Of a DNA stretch of 64,000 nt, positions 60,691-64,000 are shown piece after piece (positions within the stretch are counted from its first letter, which is position 1; every line of letters starts with the position of its first letter). The notes under the pieces are model-generated. The model ran no database searches and was not told the DNA's origin. It worked only from the letters and a program-made list of their open reading frames with translations. The translations under genes were made by a program, and so were the position numbers. This DNA is from Octopus sinensis (lineage: Eukaryota): assembly GCF_006345805.1 (NCBI RefSeq), contig NC_043014.1:7812001-7876000 (forward strand). The letters run 5' to 3'.

Positions 60691-62834
60691 ATTGAAAATT
60701 CTGCTTTCTAATTTTAGGCCTTAATTTTAACTTCAGGATAGTTTGTAAAAGATTATTCCCCATGTCAAATACTTCGCCTCTTAAATCCCTTGCGTCTCTG
60801 ACACCACTGAAATCTACCACCCTTGTTTGTACATATTCAGCCACGAAACATTTATTGGAGTCTGAATGTATCCCGTGTGAATCTATTTAGGCCCAAAGAA
60901 CATATTTCACTCAAAGTCATTCAGTTCTTTGTACTTTTCGGTTTGAACGGCAGTTTTTAACATAATTTCTAGGTAACTAAACACTTTTAAACTTCGTATA
61001 CTGGTAGAATGTGTTTATAAAACATATTTTTCTCTTGGCTTTATTGAGAAAATTCTATAGTTTGTAAGATATTTGTTGTTTTTTCTTCTTCAATTTCTGC
61101 AATTTCAACCAATCAGTGACGTCCATTGAGTTAAAAAGGATACTGTGCCGTATGAATATGTCCCTCGTTTAAGAAACAGATTGGGTTTATTTACATTTGT
61201 GAAGACAAAAATATACCCTTCCCCCACCCCTAACCCTACACGGACATATTTGTTTTGGAATCCATTATACTCGGTCATGAGTCGATTTCAACTTGTATGC
61301 ATATATATTTCTTTTACTGCCCACAAGGGGTCAAACATAGAGGGGACAAACAAGGACAGACAAATGGATTAAGTCGATTACATCGACCCCAGTGCGTAAC
61401 TGGTACTTTATTTATCGACCCAGAAACGATGAAAGGCAAAGTCGACCTCGGCGGAATTTGAACTCAGAACGTAACGGCAGACGAAGTACGGCTACGCATT
61501 TCGCCCGGCGTGCTAATGTTTCTGCCAGCTTACCGCCTTCTTGTATGCATATAAATATGCATTTAATAATACCTATGTATCAATACCTATTTACCATAGA
61601 TTTCTGCAAATCTTAATAAGCAAATTTTAATCACAAAGCATTGACGAAACTGATTTTCCAAAAGAACACAGCTGCATCGAACCTGGTATCTCGAGGTTAC
61701 AAAGCAAAATTCATTTTAATCATATACTCTTCTCATTCTCATACTGTACCTACTTTTTAAATATATTTCTTTCTTTACTACCCACAAGGGGCTAAACACA
61801 GAGGGGACAAACAAGGACAGACAAACGGATTAATTCAATTATATCGACCCCAGTGCGTAACTGGTACTTAATTTATCGACCCCGAAAGGATGAAAGGCAA
61901 AGTCGACCTCGGCGGAATTGGAACTCAGAACGTACCTATTTCTTTACTACCCACAAGGGGCTAAACACAGAGTGGACAAACAAGGACAGACAAACGGATT
62001 AAGTCGATTATATCGACCCCAGTGCGTAACTAGTACTTAATCTATCGACCCCGAAAGGATGAAAGGCAAAGTCGACCTCGGCGGAATTGGAACTCAGAAC
62101 GTACCTATTTCTTTACTACCCACAAGGGGCTAAACACAGAGGGGACAAACAAGGACAGACAAACGGATTAAGTCGTTTATATACATATATATATATTTCT
62201 TTATTGCCGACAAGGGGCTAAACAAACAAGGACAGACAAACGGATTAAGTAGATTACATCGAGCTCAGTGCGAAACTGGTACTTAATTTATCGACCCCGA
62301 AAGGATGAAAGGCAAAGTCGACCTCAACGGTATTTGAACTCAGAACGTAACGACAGACGAAATACGGCGACGCATTTCCCCCGGCGCGCTTACGTTTCTG
62401 CCAGCTCGCCGCCTTACTTTATTAATATATTGCCTTCAGCGTTAGATTGAAAAGGAAAAAAAATATTGAAAATATTGTTGTAGCCGTGTAGTGGCAAGTA
62501 AAAATAACTTTCAGATAGATTAGTCTCACACTATAGATATAATTCTCATATAAAGTTATACGTTACATGAAGTACAAAGCAATATTATGCATCGAAGTTT
62601 TTTATCGTCAAGTTTTAGAAAAGTTTCCACGCCTTTTGCTTGCATGCTTGTTCTTTTTCCATATTCATTGTATTTGAATCTGATGGTGTTCCACAGGAAA
62701 ACAATACATGGTTACACGCATTATCATATCGTAGTAACCCATTGTTTTGATTGCAAATAATGGAAAGCATACTAGACGCCTTCAATACACGCACACACCA
62801 CAAATACACACATACACAAAATATATTCATACAC

Positions 62835-62928
<94 letters not shown>

Positions 62929-62936
62929 TTATTTTA

Positions 62937-63046
62937 TAGAAGGAGCTTCTACAGGACTAGAACTGTTTCATTCAAAAGAAATCATCAGGGCTTCCTGATG
63001 ATTTCTTTTGAATGAAACAGTTCTAGTCCTGTAGAAGCTCCTTCTA
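62937..63046. repeat. Perfect 53-bp-arm hairpin with 4-nt loop, containing a hammerhead-like core
   Basis: 62937-62989 is the exact reverse complement of 62994-63046. The right arm has CTGATGA-TTTCTTTTGAAT-GAAAC-AGTTCTA-GTC. Confidence 0.92.
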
Positions 63047-63165
63047 AAAAATAAATTAATTTACTCTGCTATGTATTGAGTACCTTATTTACTGTGGTTA
63101 ACCCCGACTCAACCCGGGACCTACATATATATATATATATATATTATATTATATATATATATATA

Positions 63166-63561
63166 CTATAGCAGTATCGCCCGGCGTTGCTCGGGTTTGT
63201 AAGGGAAATAACTATATAAGCATTTTTAGAGAGTTATAGCCAAAAAATAGCAAAAAAATGCATTAAAAATTGAAAATAAATTAAGGTAAATTTTTTTAAA
63301 TCGTTGACACATCGTAGATATTTTTAGAGAGTTACTTCCCTTATATAAAAGCGAAAAAAATGCATTAAAATGGAAAAATATGATGGTAAATTTTTTTAAA
63401 ATCATAGACTCATCGTAGACGCGCGCTAATACCCAGAAGGGCTCGATATGAATCACGACTATAAGATACCCGCTTTTGGTTAAACTGCACCGCAAAATGT
63501 GGGAGTAATTACGAATGTAAATCGAAGGGGACAGACACACAACTTCACTCTTATATAAAGA
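63166..63561 (-). mobile_element. Non-autonomous Helitron (same subfamily as 22265-22649)
   Basis: 5'-TC at 63561-60, the 3' hairpin and a CTATAG variant of CTAG. Confidence 0.85.
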
Positions 63562-63883
63562 TGCTTTTTTTTTTCAGTCATAGAGTTAGATTTATGAAGG
63601 TCTTCAGTAGAAAATCCTTCGAATTCTGACTCGCTGCTTGATATAATGAAATTCGTATCCATTTTTTGTCAGAATTACAATTTTGAAAACACAATAGGAA
63701 CAAATTTCGGAAAAAAATCTCCCATAATTCACGGAATTAAAATTACACTTCGATTCTTGTACAAAACTGTATTTGAAGTTTACGAAGTATAATACGTGTT
63801 TTCACGAATGTACTAAAGAGATTTACTCTGATATTCTCATTTAAATATGATAGGTAAATTCGGGCGGTTTGGTAACGAAAGGG
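63562..63883 (-). mobile_element. piggyBac 5' end with the start of the transposase
   Basis: Terminus CCCTTTCGTTACC on the minus strand and an acidic N-terminal peptide MDTNFIISSSESEFEGFSTEDL typical of piggyBac transposases. Confidence 0.7.
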
Positions 63884-64000
63884 TTTATATAAGTGTCGTC
63901 TGTTTATACATAAACACTGTTTCATAGTTTCAGTTTAGTCTTCCTCAAATCACTGTCGCTAATTTACTCTCTTCCAAGAACATTTTCACTCACTGTTATC

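Overview
AT-rich, extremely repeat-dense animal genomic DNA. The tRNA-derived SINE families, microsatellite load and transposon mix match what I recall from Octopus (coleoid cephalopod) genomes; the species is inferred. One host gene is reconstructable. It is a 5'-incomplete, five-exon plus-strand gene (1871-2024, 4250-4437, 7206-7256, 13691-13748, 16594-18512; 2370 nt, 789 aa + stop, all GT-AG, all phases compatible). It joins a Gypsy/Ginger/GIN1-type integrase H2C2 zinc-binding domain, with no DDE catalytic core, to a Myb/SANT-like (trihelix) DNA-binding domain, a Ser-rich disordered region and a C-terminal coiled coil. The ORF track shows only fragments of it. The rest is mobile DNA: four SINE families (labelled A-D here, my own labels), CR1/L2 and R4/Dong LINE fragments, Penelope-like elements with several hammerhead-ribozyme motifs, Helitrons, piggyBac, hAT and Tc1/mariner elements, and a Gypsy integrase fragment. 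There are also a 25-bp minisatellite with higher-order structure, an old ~57-bp degenerate array, a ~4.8-kb inverted duplication and a ~2.8-kb direct duplication with template-switch junctions. No rRNA, bona fide tRNA or CRISPR features were found. TE boundaries are approximate unless a TSD or terminus is quoted.
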